Made by a program: the position numbers and the translations under genes
Part shown: positions 1 to 8,715 of the stretch, piece after piece
How positions within the stretch are numbered: position 1 is the stretch's first letter
Layout: every line of letters begins with the position of its first letter
Notes under the pieces: model-generated
What the model was told of the DNA's origin: nothing
Database searches by the model: none
The model's input: the letters and a program-made list of their open reading frames with translations, nothing else
IMG/VR virus record: IMGVR_UViG_3300015157_000044
DNA length: 25,265 nt
Source: a virus
Lineage: Duplodnaviria > Heunggongvirae > Uroviricota > Caudoviricetes
Reading direction: 5' to 3' (one strand)

Positions 1-430
1 GATTATCTGCTCCAACATCTCGTGTTGCAGCGGTCCCTAACTGGAGCGCATTTCGGAAGGCTGATACATCAGAAATATCAGATCCATTAGCCGATTTCTG
101 CATAGCTCCGGAGGCTTTATTTATCGTTTCTCCCAAACCAAGGTTTTCGAGAGCCGTTTTCACCGTGCCATCCGATTTGATATCGCCAAACGGATTCTTG
201 CGGCTTAACAGCAGCGCGCGAAGTGCGGTAAGTAACTGGTCGTGCCGCCCCTTCTCCAGGCTGGCACCGGATGCCTCCACAACGCTGCAAAGCTCCTCCT
301 GCAACATGTCAAAGTAGTCATCATCCAGATCGGTGGCAGGAGTGCCGGTCTGGGGGTTACCACGGGTAAAACCGTTCTTACCCGCGCCGAACTTATCCTT
401 CTGCGCGGTTTTCGTGTCTATACGATGCAT
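1..430 (-). CDS. Tail fibre protein, N-terminal part (5' partial; ATG at 430, gene runs off the window start)
   Basis: Manual translation of the minus strand from ATG 430 gives an open frame to position 1 ([55 protein letters not shown]...). It lies immediately downstream of the gp48-like baseplate gene, the usual tail fibre position. Not in the ORF track because it is truncated. Confidence 0.65.
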   Translation of the reverse strand, partial: MHRIDTKTAQKDKFGAGKNGFTRGNPQTGTPATDLDDDYFDMLQEELCSVVEASGASLEKGRHDQLLTALRALLLSRKNPFGDIKSDGTVKTALENLGLGETINKASGAMQKSANGSDISDVSAFRNALQLGTAATRDVGADN

Positions 431-433
431 GGA

Positions 434-1018
434 TTACTCCGGATATTTAAAAATTACGTAGGTATGCGACGGGCAGAGTTTGTTAAGCACGCACTCGACA
501 ACGGTGTCCCCCCAGATACGCAGTGCGGAATCACAGGGATCGCCACATGTCATCCAGATGGTGTTGGTGGCGGCTGGCATGTTGACCTGCCAGTAATACC
601 GCCATTCCGGCGCATTCACCGCGTCAGTACAGGCCGATGAGCAGGTGAAGGTGCTTTTGTCGTATCGCGTGATGGTGGCATCTGGCCTGCCCAGGGCAGC
701 AAGCTGTGCAAGATAAAAATCCTCGTTGATGCCGCCCGCCAGGTTAACCTTCGCATCCAGCCGTTGCTGACGCTGGCGAAGGGTCTGCGTTCCCGCCGGA
801 ATACATTCATCCGGCAGACCGCACAGACGCTCCCAACGGTTTATCAGTTCAGTGGTGGTGCGCGGATCCAGCTCCCGCATCAGGGCATCCGCACGCTGAT
901 GAACACGGGTTAATGACGGTGCCGCACCAGCAATCGCCGGATCGCTGGCTGACCACGCCGGACCGGGCGGCAGCAGTGCCGACAACAGACGGATGTAATC
1001 ATCGTTTGTCACGTCCAT
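434..1018 (-). CDS. Baseplate/tail protein, Mu gp48-like (DUF2313 / YmfQ-like)
   Basis: 194 aa ORF directly after the baseplate J-like gene with overlapping stop/start; size and position match the Mu gp48 family. Confidence 0.65.
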   Translation of the reverse strand: MDVTNDDYIRLLSALLPPGPAWSASDPAIAGAAPSLTRVHQRADALMRELDPRTTTELINRWERLCGLPDECIPAGTQTLRQRQQRLDAKVNLAGGINEDFYLAQLAALGRPDATITRYDKSTFTCSSACTDAVNAPEWRYYWQVNMPAATNTIWMTCGDPCDSALRIWGDTVVECVLNKLCPSHTYVIFKYPE

Positions 1019-2067
1019 GAAATCGTCCCCAGAACCGCCAGTTCATTTTTTGCAATGGAGATATTGTCCGCCGGTGCAAGCAACTGATGGCTGTATTCCC
1101 CGTTCGCACCGGAAATCGCTTCACTGATACGTGACACCTTCAGTTCTCCCTGCGGATAACCATCACGCAGCAGGAACGAACGCAACTCGGCGGTGATGGC
1201 AGCCCGTATTTCCGGTGTGTCCGGCGTCACGCGGATATGAAAATCCACCGTATGTGCCACCGGCCTGAACACATACAAATCAGAGCCTGCCACCGGGGCC
1301 AGTGGCCCGATATGTTGTCTTGCCGCCGTTTCCGTTGATTCTTCCGGAATGGGATTAATCAGGTCACTGCTGGCAATCATCACACCGACAGTTCCCGTTC
1401 CCATCCAGTGACGGTATGTCCATGCGCGGGTAATGCCGGGCACTTCTTTAGCCCAGACGACATAGTCCCCGTCAGCCCCGCCCTGCGGCGTCCAGTAATA
1501 CCGCTCAATGACGCGGGCGCGCCACGTTTCCAGATCTTCAGTATCGAATCCGCCAGTCAGGGTATCTGCAACACCGGAAGACGGCAGACCATTCACCGGC
1601 GTGACCAGGATTAATGCCGTACCGTCGTCAGCGTTACCGACCGCGCCTGTAGTTGAGCAAGTGATCGGCACACGCAGGACACCACCGGAGCTGGTTGCAT
1701 CGGCAGTTGCCGTGTACTGAACCAGGTCATCGCGCTGAATCACGCTCCCGGCAGTCACCTTCAGGCCATCGCTGACACCTTCCCAGCGCATATACCCGCT
1801 GGCAGCCGTGGCCCCCTTGCGCGGACACCGTTTCATCGCAGCATGTCGCGTCAGCCAGGACTCATCGCACAGGTCAGGCAGCATATTCATTGCCAGATAA
1901 TCGATGTACCCGTAAACCGTATGCAGCGCTGCCGCATACACCTTTGCCCGCACGTCTTCATCCATGCGCCGGAGCGTGTCGCTGACGTCCAGCCTGGCGA
2001 ATAAATCGTTACGGAGCATACTGATATTTTCTGCCAGCGTCGGGCGCTGAAATTCACTGTCCGCCAT
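1009..2067 (-). CDS. Baseplate J-like protein (Mu gp47-like)
   Basis: 352 aa ORF in the conserved gp45-gp46-gp47-gp48 baseplate block; length and position typical of the Baseplate_J family. Confidence 0.75.
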   Translation of the reverse strand: MADSEFQRPTLAENISMLRNDLFARLDVSDTLRRMDEDVRAKVYAAALHTVYGYIDYLAMNMLPDLCDESWLTRHAAMKRCPRKGATAASGYMRWEGVSDGLKVTAGSVIQRDDLVQYTATADATSSGGVLRVPITCSTTGAVGNADDGTALILVTPVNGLPSSGVADTLTGGFDTEDLETWRARVIERYYWTPQGGADGDYVVWAKEVPGITRAWTYRHWMGTGTVGVMIASSDLINPIPEESTETAARQHIGPLAPVAGSDLYVFRPVAHTVDFHIRVTPDTPEIRAAITAELRSFLLRDGYPQGELKVSRISEAISGANGEYSHQLLAPADNISIAKNELAVLGTISWT

Positions 2068-2482
2068 GCGTTATCGCACTCCACAGATCATCAAAAGAAA
2101 TCATTACCGGTCCGTCACGACGCCAGAGAGTGATACTGTTACCCAGCTCATTAATCCCGGTGCGGCGGATATCCAGATCAATACGGGACACCACGCCGTC
2201 ATCAATCATCCATTGCAGGCATTCGCGGATATACCCCCTTACCGTCTGCACCAGCTGATTGGTCAGTTTGCTGCGCTGAAGCAGCCACAGTCGGGAGCCG
2301 TAACGGTCATTCTGTACCGCAGGCCAGGTATCCCCCCACCATCCCATCGGGACGTCGGCGTTGTCATCAGGCTCCGCCCGCCGCCAGGTGAACAGGGAAA
2401 TCACCACGGCGCGGGTCAGCGGATCCAGCTGTGCGCTGGCGCAGGTGCGTTTACCGTTCACCGTCAGCCACAGTTCCATCAT
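2054..2482 (-). CDS. Baseplate protein, Mu gp46-like
   Basis: 142 aa ORF between the gpV-like and J-like genes, overlapping both; typical size and position for the GP46 family. Confidence 0.6.
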   Translation of the reverse strand: MMELWLTVNGKRTCASAQLDPLTRAVVISLFTWRRAEPDDNADVPMGWWGDTWPAVQNDRYGSRLWLLQRSKLTNQLVQTVRGYIRECLQWMIDDGVVSRIDLDIRRTGINELGNSITLWRRDGPVMISFDDLWSAITHGGQ

Positions 2483-3027
2483 GCCTCCATCGCTTTATCA
2501 GGTTTGTCGGTGTTACTGCCCTGACCGTTCTCTCTGTGACGATGCCCGTTATAGGCAAGCCGCATCGCTGACATGGTGGTGCCGCTGGAGTCGCACAGGT
2601 CTTTCACCTGTCCTGTCACTTCCAGGTCCATTTCAAAACGTGCTTTAGGTGAATTGCGAAACGTGATCGTTTTACCTGCACCGTCCACCACGATCCCCTC
2701 CCGGGTCAGCGTCACGGACTGCCCCTGATCGTCATAGACAGCCACCTCACCCGTCTGCAGCCCTTTCAGGCGGTAACGCCGATCCGACACCATAACAACC
2801 ACCGCATGAGAACGGTCACCATCCGGAAACAACACCACCGCTTCCGCACCGCTGTTTGCCCTTGCGGTAAAACCGTAAGGTTCAAGATGTTCAACCCCGG
2901 CTTTGGGTTCACCGGCAATCAGGGACACATCCACGGTCTGACATTTCGTGGCGGCACTGATGCTTTTCACCACGGCCCGCCCAATCAGGCCGAGGAGTTG
3001 TCGCTGCATGGCTTCAATCGTCCTCAT
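2479..3027 (-). CDS. Baseplate assembly protein V / spike (Mu gp45-like)
   Basis: 182 aa ORF following the gpP-like gene with ATGA-type overlap; size and position of the gpV spike family. Confidence 0.65.
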   Translation of the reverse strand: MRTIEAMQRQLLGLIGRAVVKSISAATKCQTVDVSLIAGEPKAGVEHLEPYGFTARANSGAEAVVLFPDGDRSHAVVVMVSDRRYRLKGLQTGEVAVYDDQGQSVTLTREGIVVDGAGKTITFRNSPKARFEMDLEVTGQVKDLCDSSGTTMSAMRLAYNGHRHRENGQGSNTDKPDKAMEA

Positions 3028-4106
3028 CAGAACGGGTCCTCCTGTACTCTGGCTTTTTTCTTTTTCCGCGCGCCGGGGGCTTCGGGTTCAGGCAGATAAG
3101 CATCAGGTGGGCCGACACGGATTTCCGTCAGAGTGCCGTTCTGGTCCTGAGTAAACGTGACTTCCGAAACAAGCAGTTCGGTATTGTCGAAACCACAGAC
3201 CGGATCAAAGACAATCACCCGCTGGTTGGGCTGCCACAGCGTACCATTACCCTGTCGCCAGCCCTGCACCACATAGGTGGTTTCATCCGTCCGCGCCGCC
3301 CGTTGTCGGGCTTCAAAGTCCGCACGGGCAATACAGCCTGCCCCCGTAGCCTGCCCTGTCTGCCTGATATACATCGGACGGTAACGGGCAATAAATGCGT
3401 CCTCTGTGCGGGCCCGCAGCGCGGTGGTGGTGGCCTCACCGAAATCATCGTCGTTTCCGGCACGCTGCCCCGCCACCTGGTAAACAGAAAACCGCTCCCG
3501 GATACTCTTCTCCGTATCGCAGGAAAGGATGTTTTCCCCGAGTACCAGCGCAGTATGTGCTCGCGTTGAGCCAATACCGCCAATCACCAGCCTGCCGTGC
3601 GGGTCGTCGTAAGCCAGTGCCTGCTGCTGACCGAGTATTTTGTTGATTACCTCAATCACCGTTTCACCGTGATCAGGCTGGACATCAGGAATAACACCCG
3701 ACGGCGCACCGTTGTTCACCACCTCAATGCTGAAAGGCGCAGCAAGCGCCTGCGCAATCTGTACCAGCGATCGTCCGTTAAACTGTGTCGGTTCGGCTGC
3801 ACAGTCAATCAGGTCAGCGGTCAGACTGCGTCCGGCAATACCGGTGCTGACCGAACGGGCATCGTAACGAACGGGCGTCGCCTCCACCCAGCCGGTGATC
3901 ACCAGCTCATCACCAATCAACACCTCCACTTTTGAACCGTTTTTAATGCGCGGCTGAAGCGTGGTAATACCCTCATCTCCCGGCCACTGGCGGGTGATCT
4001 CCACACTGAAATCCCGCGCCAGCCGTTCAATACCGGCACCGATGCGCACCGATGTCCAGCCATTCCACTCCCGGCCATTTACCCGTAGCGTGACATTGTC
4101 GTTCAT
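3027..4106 (-). CDS. Tail/baseplate hub protein (Mu gpP / gp44-like)
   Basis: 359 aa ORF between the DNA circulation and gpV-like genes, in conserved Mu-like tail order. Confidence 0.65.
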   Translation of the reverse strand: MNDNVTLRVNGREWNGWTSVRIGAGIERLARDFSVEITRQWPGDEGITTLQPRIKNGSKVEVLIGDELVITGWVEATPVRYDARSVSTGIAGRSLTADLIDCAAEPTQFNGRSLVQIAQALAAPFSIEVVNNGAPSGVIPDVQPDHGETVIEVINKILGQQQALAYDDPHGRLVIGGIGSTRAHTALVLGENILSCDTEKSIRERFSVYQVAGQRAGNDDDFGEATTTALRARTEDAFIARYRPMYIRQTGQATGAGCIARADFEARQRAARTDETTYVVQGWRQGNGTLWQPNQRVIVFDPVCGFDNTELLVSEVTFTQDQNGTLTEIRVGPPDAYLPEPEAPGARKKKKARVQEDPF

Positions 4107-5431
4107 TGCACTGGCACCTTCAGAGGGATCACCGGCACAAAGCCAGGATGCGTAATGGCATTACGCCGGATAATGTCCGCGTCACGCGCCGCGTTATCAA
4201 ACCAGGTCGCCGCCAGCACCAGCGCGGGTAAAACCTCATCCGGCGTGCGCTGAATGATCCGTGCAGACTGTTCAAGGCGCGTGTTGATATCCGCATTCAG
4301 ATCTGCTTTCACCCGGCGCAGCGCCAGAAACAGCGCATCACTGGTTGTACGGGACAACTCCTTATCAATTGCCGTATTCAGTGTGTCGCGAATGTCGGTC
4401 AGTTCTTCCCACGTTGGCAGGTCAACCGTGTTTTTCACCGCCGGTGCATTGTTCAGTGCCGGATGCGTGACGGAAGGCCAGCCAGTGCTCTGCGCAGGTG
4501 TTGTTGCCTGCCCCACTGCGGAATTCTGCATCACCGCGGAAGTTGTTGGCGCAGGCAATCGGGTGACGGCATACGCCGCTTCGCTGATTGCGGTCGTACG
4601 AAGAGTGCTGGCAACCACATTACGCTGCTGCGTCGCCGTGGCGGTGGTTTTACTGTCCGTTTTCCAGACGCCGCGCGGTTGCAGATCGCTGCCGAGGCTG
4701 ACACCGGAAAGCGTTTTGATCATGGTGACCAGGTCGCTGGCGTTACCATAAAGGCGTTTCCCGGTACGCCACATTTTCTGCACCTGCTCAACGAAATTTT
4801 TGCCTGACGATGGTGGCGGCAGAAGTACCGAGATATCCCCCTGCAACAGCCTGGCAGCATCCGATACGGCAGAATCCACCACTTTCATCGCATCAGAAAT
4901 ATACCCAAGCATTGTGCCGGCATTACCAACGACGTCGTTCTGCACAAAATCCGCCACGCCATCGATACTGAAACCGCTGAAGCTGTCACTGATGCAGTCA
5001 TCCAGTGCAGAACAGGATGACATCAGCGTCTGCGCCGTCGCCGCACCTGATGTGGGGTAAGAGAGTTCTCCCGCTTCGACAAACTTCAGGTCAAAGCGGA
5101 CAATACGCCCTTCACTTTTCGATGTGCTGACCCGAACTTCCCCGTCAACACAGACGTTCATCTCACCGTATGTCGGATGGACAAGCGTGCCGGGACCGGG
5201 TTTATTCAGCGCGTCAATCAGGCGATCGCGCTGGTCAAAGCAGTCATCTCCCACCACATAAGCTGTGATGGACGGGCGGAAAGTGACTTTTCCCAGATCT
5301 TCGGTATAGGGCTTGTCGCGGTTCGGGTATTCATGTGTTTCCACACGGCGACCGGTTCCCGCACTTTCTTCTTCAACCTTAAACGGTACGCCGCGAAATG
5401 ACGCATCCTGAAGCCTGCCTTTCCACGTCAT
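4103..5431 (-). CDS. DNA circulation protein (Mu gpN / gp43-like)
   Basis: 442 aa ORF downstream of the tape measure gene; N-terminus (MTWKGRLQDASFRGVPFKVEEESAGTGRRVETHEYPNRDKPYTEDLGK) is typical of the DNA_circ_N family. Confidence 0.7.
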   Translation of the reverse strand: MTWKGRLQDASFRGVPFKVEEESAGTGRRVETHEYPNRDKPYTEDLGKVTFRPSITAYVVGDDCFDQRDRLIDALNKPGPGTLVHPTYGEMNVCVDGEVRVSTSKSEGRIVRFDLKFVEAGELSYPTSGAATAQTLMSSCSALDDCISDSFSGFSIDGVADFVQNDVVGNAGTMLGYISDAMKVVDSAVSDAARLLQGDISVLLPPPSSGKNFVEQVQKMWRTGKRLYGNASDLVTMIKTLSGVSLGSDLQPRGVWKTDSKTTATATQQRNVVASTLRTTAISEAAYAVTRLPAPTTSAVMQNSAVGQATTPAQSTGWPSVTHPALNNAPAVKNTVDLPTWEELTDIRDTLNTAIDKELSRTTSDALFLALRRVKADLNADINTRLEQSARIIQRTPDEVLPALVLAATWFDNAARDADIIRRNAITHPGFVPVIPLKVPVQ

Positions 5432-5444
5432 ATAAACTCCGGAT

Positions 5445-5503
5445 ACAAAAAACCCGCCAAATCTGCTTTGTCAGTTATTTACATCGCAGAAGATGTGGCG
5501 GGG
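5445..5503 (-). terminator. Terminator-like hairpin on the minus strand after the secreted-protein gene
   Basis: Inverted repeat CCCGCCA (5496-5502) / TGGCGGG (5451-5457) followed on the minus strand by a T6 run (plus A-run 5445-5450). The ~38 nt loop is long for a classical intrinsic terminator. Confidence 0.3.
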
Positions 5504-5521
5504 TTCTAATATTTTCAATTA

Positions 5522-6016
5522 CTATCTGAGTTGAACATCAATGGAATAAACATTACCACTCTTTATAAATTTAGAGTCCGTCCTTTCATCAAAGGATTCA
5601 AATGACTGTACCTTTGAAAACTTTTTCATTTTATTTTCAAAAATACTTTCATTAACACCAGTTAAATACTTGAATGCTCTACCAGCAAGGACCTCATTAC
5701 TTAAAGTTTTTGTGTTTTTATTGTCTTTGAAAAACCAAATAATAACCTTTTGTGGACATGATGGATTATAAACAGATATATAAAACTGCGGCTCATATTT
5801 TTCATCAGCGTCATCACTGAGCATTTCTTCAGAAGATAATTCTCTTCTGAATTCATATTGCCGCTTAGTTATTCCTTCATCCTTTATTATCTCTTGCTTA
5901 ACTGGTGCAATACCTATAGAAGAGATTAATTCTGACTCATTAAAGCTGAACTTACACTCTTCCGCAGCCAAGTTAAAAGATAAAAGTGCAGATATAAAAA
6001 AAACAAAGATACGCAT
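5522..6016 (-). CDS. Secreted hypothetical protein (single-gene AT-rich insert in the tail module)
   Basis: ORF 5522..6034 in the track; the likely start is ATG 6016 (GAAGGG Shine-Dalgarno 6 nt upstream), giving MRIFVFFISALLSFNLAA as a signal peptide. The gene is visibly AT-rich against GC-rich flanks and lies between the tape measure and DNA circulation genes. Mature part has two Cys. Confidence 0.6.
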   Translation of the reverse strand: MRIFVFFISALLSFNLAAEECKFSFNESELISSIGIAPVKQEIIKDEGITKRQYEFRRELSSEEMLSDDADEKYEPQFYISVYNPSCPQKVIIWFFKDNKNTKTLSNEVLAGRAFKYLTGVNESIFENKMKKFSKVQSFESFDERTDSKFIKSGNVYSIDVQLR

Positions 6017-6034
6017 AATCATCCCTTCAATCAT

Positions 6035-6115
6035 TTGTAAGGAATGATTATATTAACTACTTAAAGCTGAAAACCCAAATTATGCCAGACAAAAACACAT
6101 TAATCATTTTGTACA
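6035..6115 (-). promoter_or_regulatory. AT-rich intergenic region with candidate promoter for the secreted-protein gene
   Basis: Exact TATAAT on the minus strand (plus 6047-6052) about 30 nt upstream of ATG 6016; no convincing -35 box, so this is tentative. Confidence 0.25.
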
Positions 6116-7948
6116 CTACCTGAACCGCGTATAGCCAACATCATGGCTGACATCAAAACCGCTGGATCGCGTTTCCATAACCCGCATACCCGGAGGCGAA
6201 TTCACAAAAGATACCTTGATCTCACCATCAACTTTTGGCGCAGAAGCTTTGTTAATCATGAAGGGATTCGGGCCTGTGGCATTGGAGGCGTTGTTTGACT
6301 GAGCCGGATCCACCGCCGGATAAGGTGTGTATCCCCGCGCCGGTATTCCCGTCCCATAAGCATCATAAGCACCCGCGCCCCACTGCGCAGAGTTAATGGC
6401 ATCGACCGTGTCACCGGAACTGTCGGTAAACCACTCAATAATTGGCTTCAGCTTGTCCCACATATCCTGAAACCACTTAACAACCGGTCCCCAGTTATTG
6501 ATTACCATCCCCAGCGGCGACCAGGCAAAAACCTTCTTCAGAAGTTCCCAGCCAGCCTCAAAATAAGGACCAATGGTTTCCCAGAGCTTCTTGAAATAAG
6601 GTCCGACAACATCCCAGTTAGTGATAATTAATCCCGCAGCCAGGGCTATCGCCGTCGCAATCATTCCAATCGGCGTCATCGACATGATCCTGCTGACAAT
6701 ACTGATGGCACCGCCAACGCCCATCAATCCCAGTTTCAGAATCGCAAGACCGGCAGCAAGCCCGACGACGCCGCGAATAACCCGGGGATTTTCATCCGCA
6801 AACTTCGTGAATTTCTCCCCCAACTCCCCCAGCCATTGTGTGATATTTTTAGCGTCACCAGAAAATGCGCCGCCAATAGCCGCAAGGCCGTTAGTTGCGG
6901 TCCCCGTCATTGCCTCCCACAGGTTGGACAGCGTACCAAGCTGGGCCTGAACACGTTTATTCAGGCTGGCCTGTTTATTCATCTTCTGCTGGATCTGATC
7001 GTAGCCATCCTTTCCTTTATCGATTAGTGCATTGACCACCTGAAGGGTTTCGGCATCATCACCAAATATTGCCTTAAGTACACCTGTTCGCTTAACGTCG
7101 GTCAGTTTTCGCAGCTTTGCCAGTTGCCTGAACATGTTATCAAGACCGCCAAAACTACCTTTGCCGTCAGTAAAATCGAGCTGTACCCCGAGTTTCTGGC
7201 GGGCCATGACTTTATTGACGTCCCTGATTTTCTTAACGCTTAATCCGGACTGGATAACTTTTCGCAGGGCATTACCTGCTGACTCCCCGTTCATCCCCAT
7301 CTGATCCATCATGACGCTGATGGGGGCAAGGCTCTGTGCAGCCTGAAGACCGTCCTTGTTCACCATCTTCAGAACAGAACTGGTTTTAGTGAAGAAGGAC
7401 AACATGTTGGTATCGTCAACGCCCAGATAAAACGCCTTCTGGATAGTGTCGAACAGCCCCATCATGTCTTCTGACGCCGTTCCGGTAGCATCCTGCATCT
7501 TTGCAGCAAACTCAGCAGCCGCTTCCGGTGTTTTTTTCAGTTGTACCGCAAGATAAGCTGTCGCTTTACCCACACCACCCAGAATGTTTTCTGCCGGGAT
7601 CCCCTGACGCACCAGCATCTGCATCATGTTCTGGAAATCAGCCGTTGTACCGGGTAGCTGGTTACCCAGGCCAATAGCCAGTTTATTGATGTCCTGAAAG
7701 CTCTTTCCAACCTCGCCGTTCGCATCCATCATGGCGACTTTCAGCCCGGTAGCGGCGTTTTCCTGATCGGCATAAGATTTCAGGGAAAGCGTCAGCCCCG
7801 CTGCCAGTCCTCCACCAAGCGCCAGCCCACCCTGTGACGCTTCTTCCGCCTGGCGTTTAAATCCCCGGATTTTCTTTTGCATTTTCGACAGCGCGGGAGA
7901 AAGCCTGTCGACACCGGTGATCAACGCCTTAAGCTCAAATTCAGCCAT
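6116..7948 (-). CDS. Tail tape measure protein
   Basis: 610 aa ORF immediately downstream of the frameshifted chaperone pair; Ala/Gly-rich with hydrophobic segments in the C-terminal half, typical of tape measure proteins. Confidence 0.8.
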   Translation of the reverse strand: MAEFELKALITGVDRLSPALSKMQKKIRGFKRQAEEASQGGLALGGGLAAGLTLSLKSYADQENAATGLKVAMMDANGEVGKSFQDINKLAIGLGNQLPGTTADFQNMMQMLVRQGIPAENILGGVGKATAYLAVQLKKTPEAAAEFAAKMQDATGTASEDMMGLFDTIQKAFYLGVDDTNMLSFFTKTSSVLKMVNKDGLQAAQSLAPISVMMDQMGMNGESAGNALRKVIQSGLSVKKIRDVNKVMARQKLGVQLDFTDGKGSFGGLDNMFRQLAKLRKLTDVKRTGVLKAIFGDDAETLQVVNALIDKGKDGYDQIQQKMNKQASLNKRVQAQLGTLSNLWEAMTGTATNGLAAIGGAFSGDAKNITQWLGELGEKFTKFADENPRVIRGVVGLAAGLAILKLGLMGVGGAISIVSRIMSMTPIGMIATAIALAAGLIITNWDVVGPYFKKLWETIGPYFEAGWELLKKVFAWSPLGMVINNWGPVVKWFQDMWDKLKPIIEWFTDSSGDTVDAINSAQWGAGAYDAYGTGIPARGYTPYPAVDPAQSNNASNATGPNPFMINKASAPKVDGEIKVSFVNSPPGMRVMETRSSGFDVSHDVGYTRFR

Positions 7949-8108
7949 GTGTGCGTTTCTCCTGCTCTATCCTGTTTGCCTGACTGACCAGCAAGGGAAT
8001 TTCACTGATCGGCATATTCAGCAATTCGAAGGGATTAATGCGCCAGTAGCTGGCGCAGTCAAAGAAGCGATCAGTGAGGTATTCAGCCGTCAGGCCTGGA
8101 GGAAAAAA
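7941..8108 (-). CDS. Tail assembly chaperone, -1 frameshift extension (gpGT-like fusion C-terminal part)
   Basis: ORF 7941..8123 is in the -1 frame relative to ORF 8090..8359 and overlaps it at the slippery heptamer T TTT TTC (plus 8102-8108, GAAAAAA). It ends overlapping the tape measure start. Confidence 0.55.
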   Translation of the reverse strand, partial: FFPPGLTAEYLTDRFFDCASYWRINPFELLNMPISEIPLLVSQANRIEQEKRTHG

Positions 8109-8359
8109 CCAGCCACAAGCCACGCCGCTGCATTCAGGTCTGCCGGAGACATCTGGTCGACAGAGCTTTGCGGCACTTTCGCCAGCCGCACAATGTATTT
8201 CGACACCACATGCGCCAGAAGTCTGACGGACTCATCCTGATTCATCTGGTAGGGATACCCCAGCTCACGGACATCTTTCCCGGTGGGCTCATCAAACTCC
8301 AGTACGGAGAGTGTCTCGCCATGAGCGGTAATCGGTTTCTTTAACTCAAGCTCTTTCAT
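8090..8359 (-). CDS. Tail assembly chaperone (zero-frame product)
   Basis: 89 aa ORF between the tube and tape measure genes, with a slippery site near its 3' end; position is conserved for the gpG/gpE-type chaperone. Confidence 0.65.
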   Translation of the reverse strand: MKELELKKPITAHGETLSVLEFDEPTGKDVRELGYPYQMNQDESVRLLAHVVSKYIVRLAKVPQSSVDQMSPADLNAAAWLVAGFFLQA

Positions 8360-8715
8360 TACTGGTAATCCCCTTCTTCACCGTGGAACTCAAGATCGAC
8401 CGTGCCTTCTTCGGCATTATGGTTCGCTTCGCCGTGCAGCCAGGCAGACGACAGTACATAGACCTGACCGTTCGCCAGCTCGGCAGTGATGGTCATCTCA
8501 TCAGACGAGGTGATTTTGCTCACCGGAAAATTCTTCGGCACCTTGAAGGTCCCTTTGACATAAGGCGCACGGTGAGTTTCCTTGCGGTCCACTGAACCGT
8601 CCAGGCCGATGATGTCATCATTGACCGTCCTGTTCATGGGCACCTCAATGCCGCCGGTCAGCGATAGCTGCTGACCGTCAATTTTGAAATAACAGGTTCC
8701 CCCGATACGGGCCAT
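8359..8715 (-). CDS. Tail tube protein (Mu gpM-like)
   Basis: 118 aa ORF immediately after the sheath gene with a 1-nt overlap. Confidence 0.7.
   Translation of the reverse strand: MARIGGTCYFKIDGQQLSLTGGIEVPMNRTVNDDIIGLDGSVDRKETHRAPYVKGTFKVPKNFPVSKITSSDEMTITAELANGQVYVLSSAWLHGEANHNAEEGTVDLEFHGEEGDYQ

Noticed and set aside
242-640. Plus-strand ORFs throughout the window (for example 242..640, 2066..2524, 4254..4751, 6621..6950, 10398..10988, 11675..12232, 14895..15470, 17203..17643, 23383-region ORFs on plus)
   Set aside because: Each lies antisense to a long, well-supported minus-strand phage gene in GC-rich DNA, where spurious open frames are common. None has a convincing ribosome-binding site or sits in an intergenic gap.
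6016-6034. ATG at 6034 as the start of the secreted-protein gene
   Set aside because: The downstream ATG at 6016 has a better-placed Shine-Dalgarno (GAAGGG) and puts the hydrophobic signal peptide at the N-terminus; the 6034 start adds six residues with no good ribosome-binding site.
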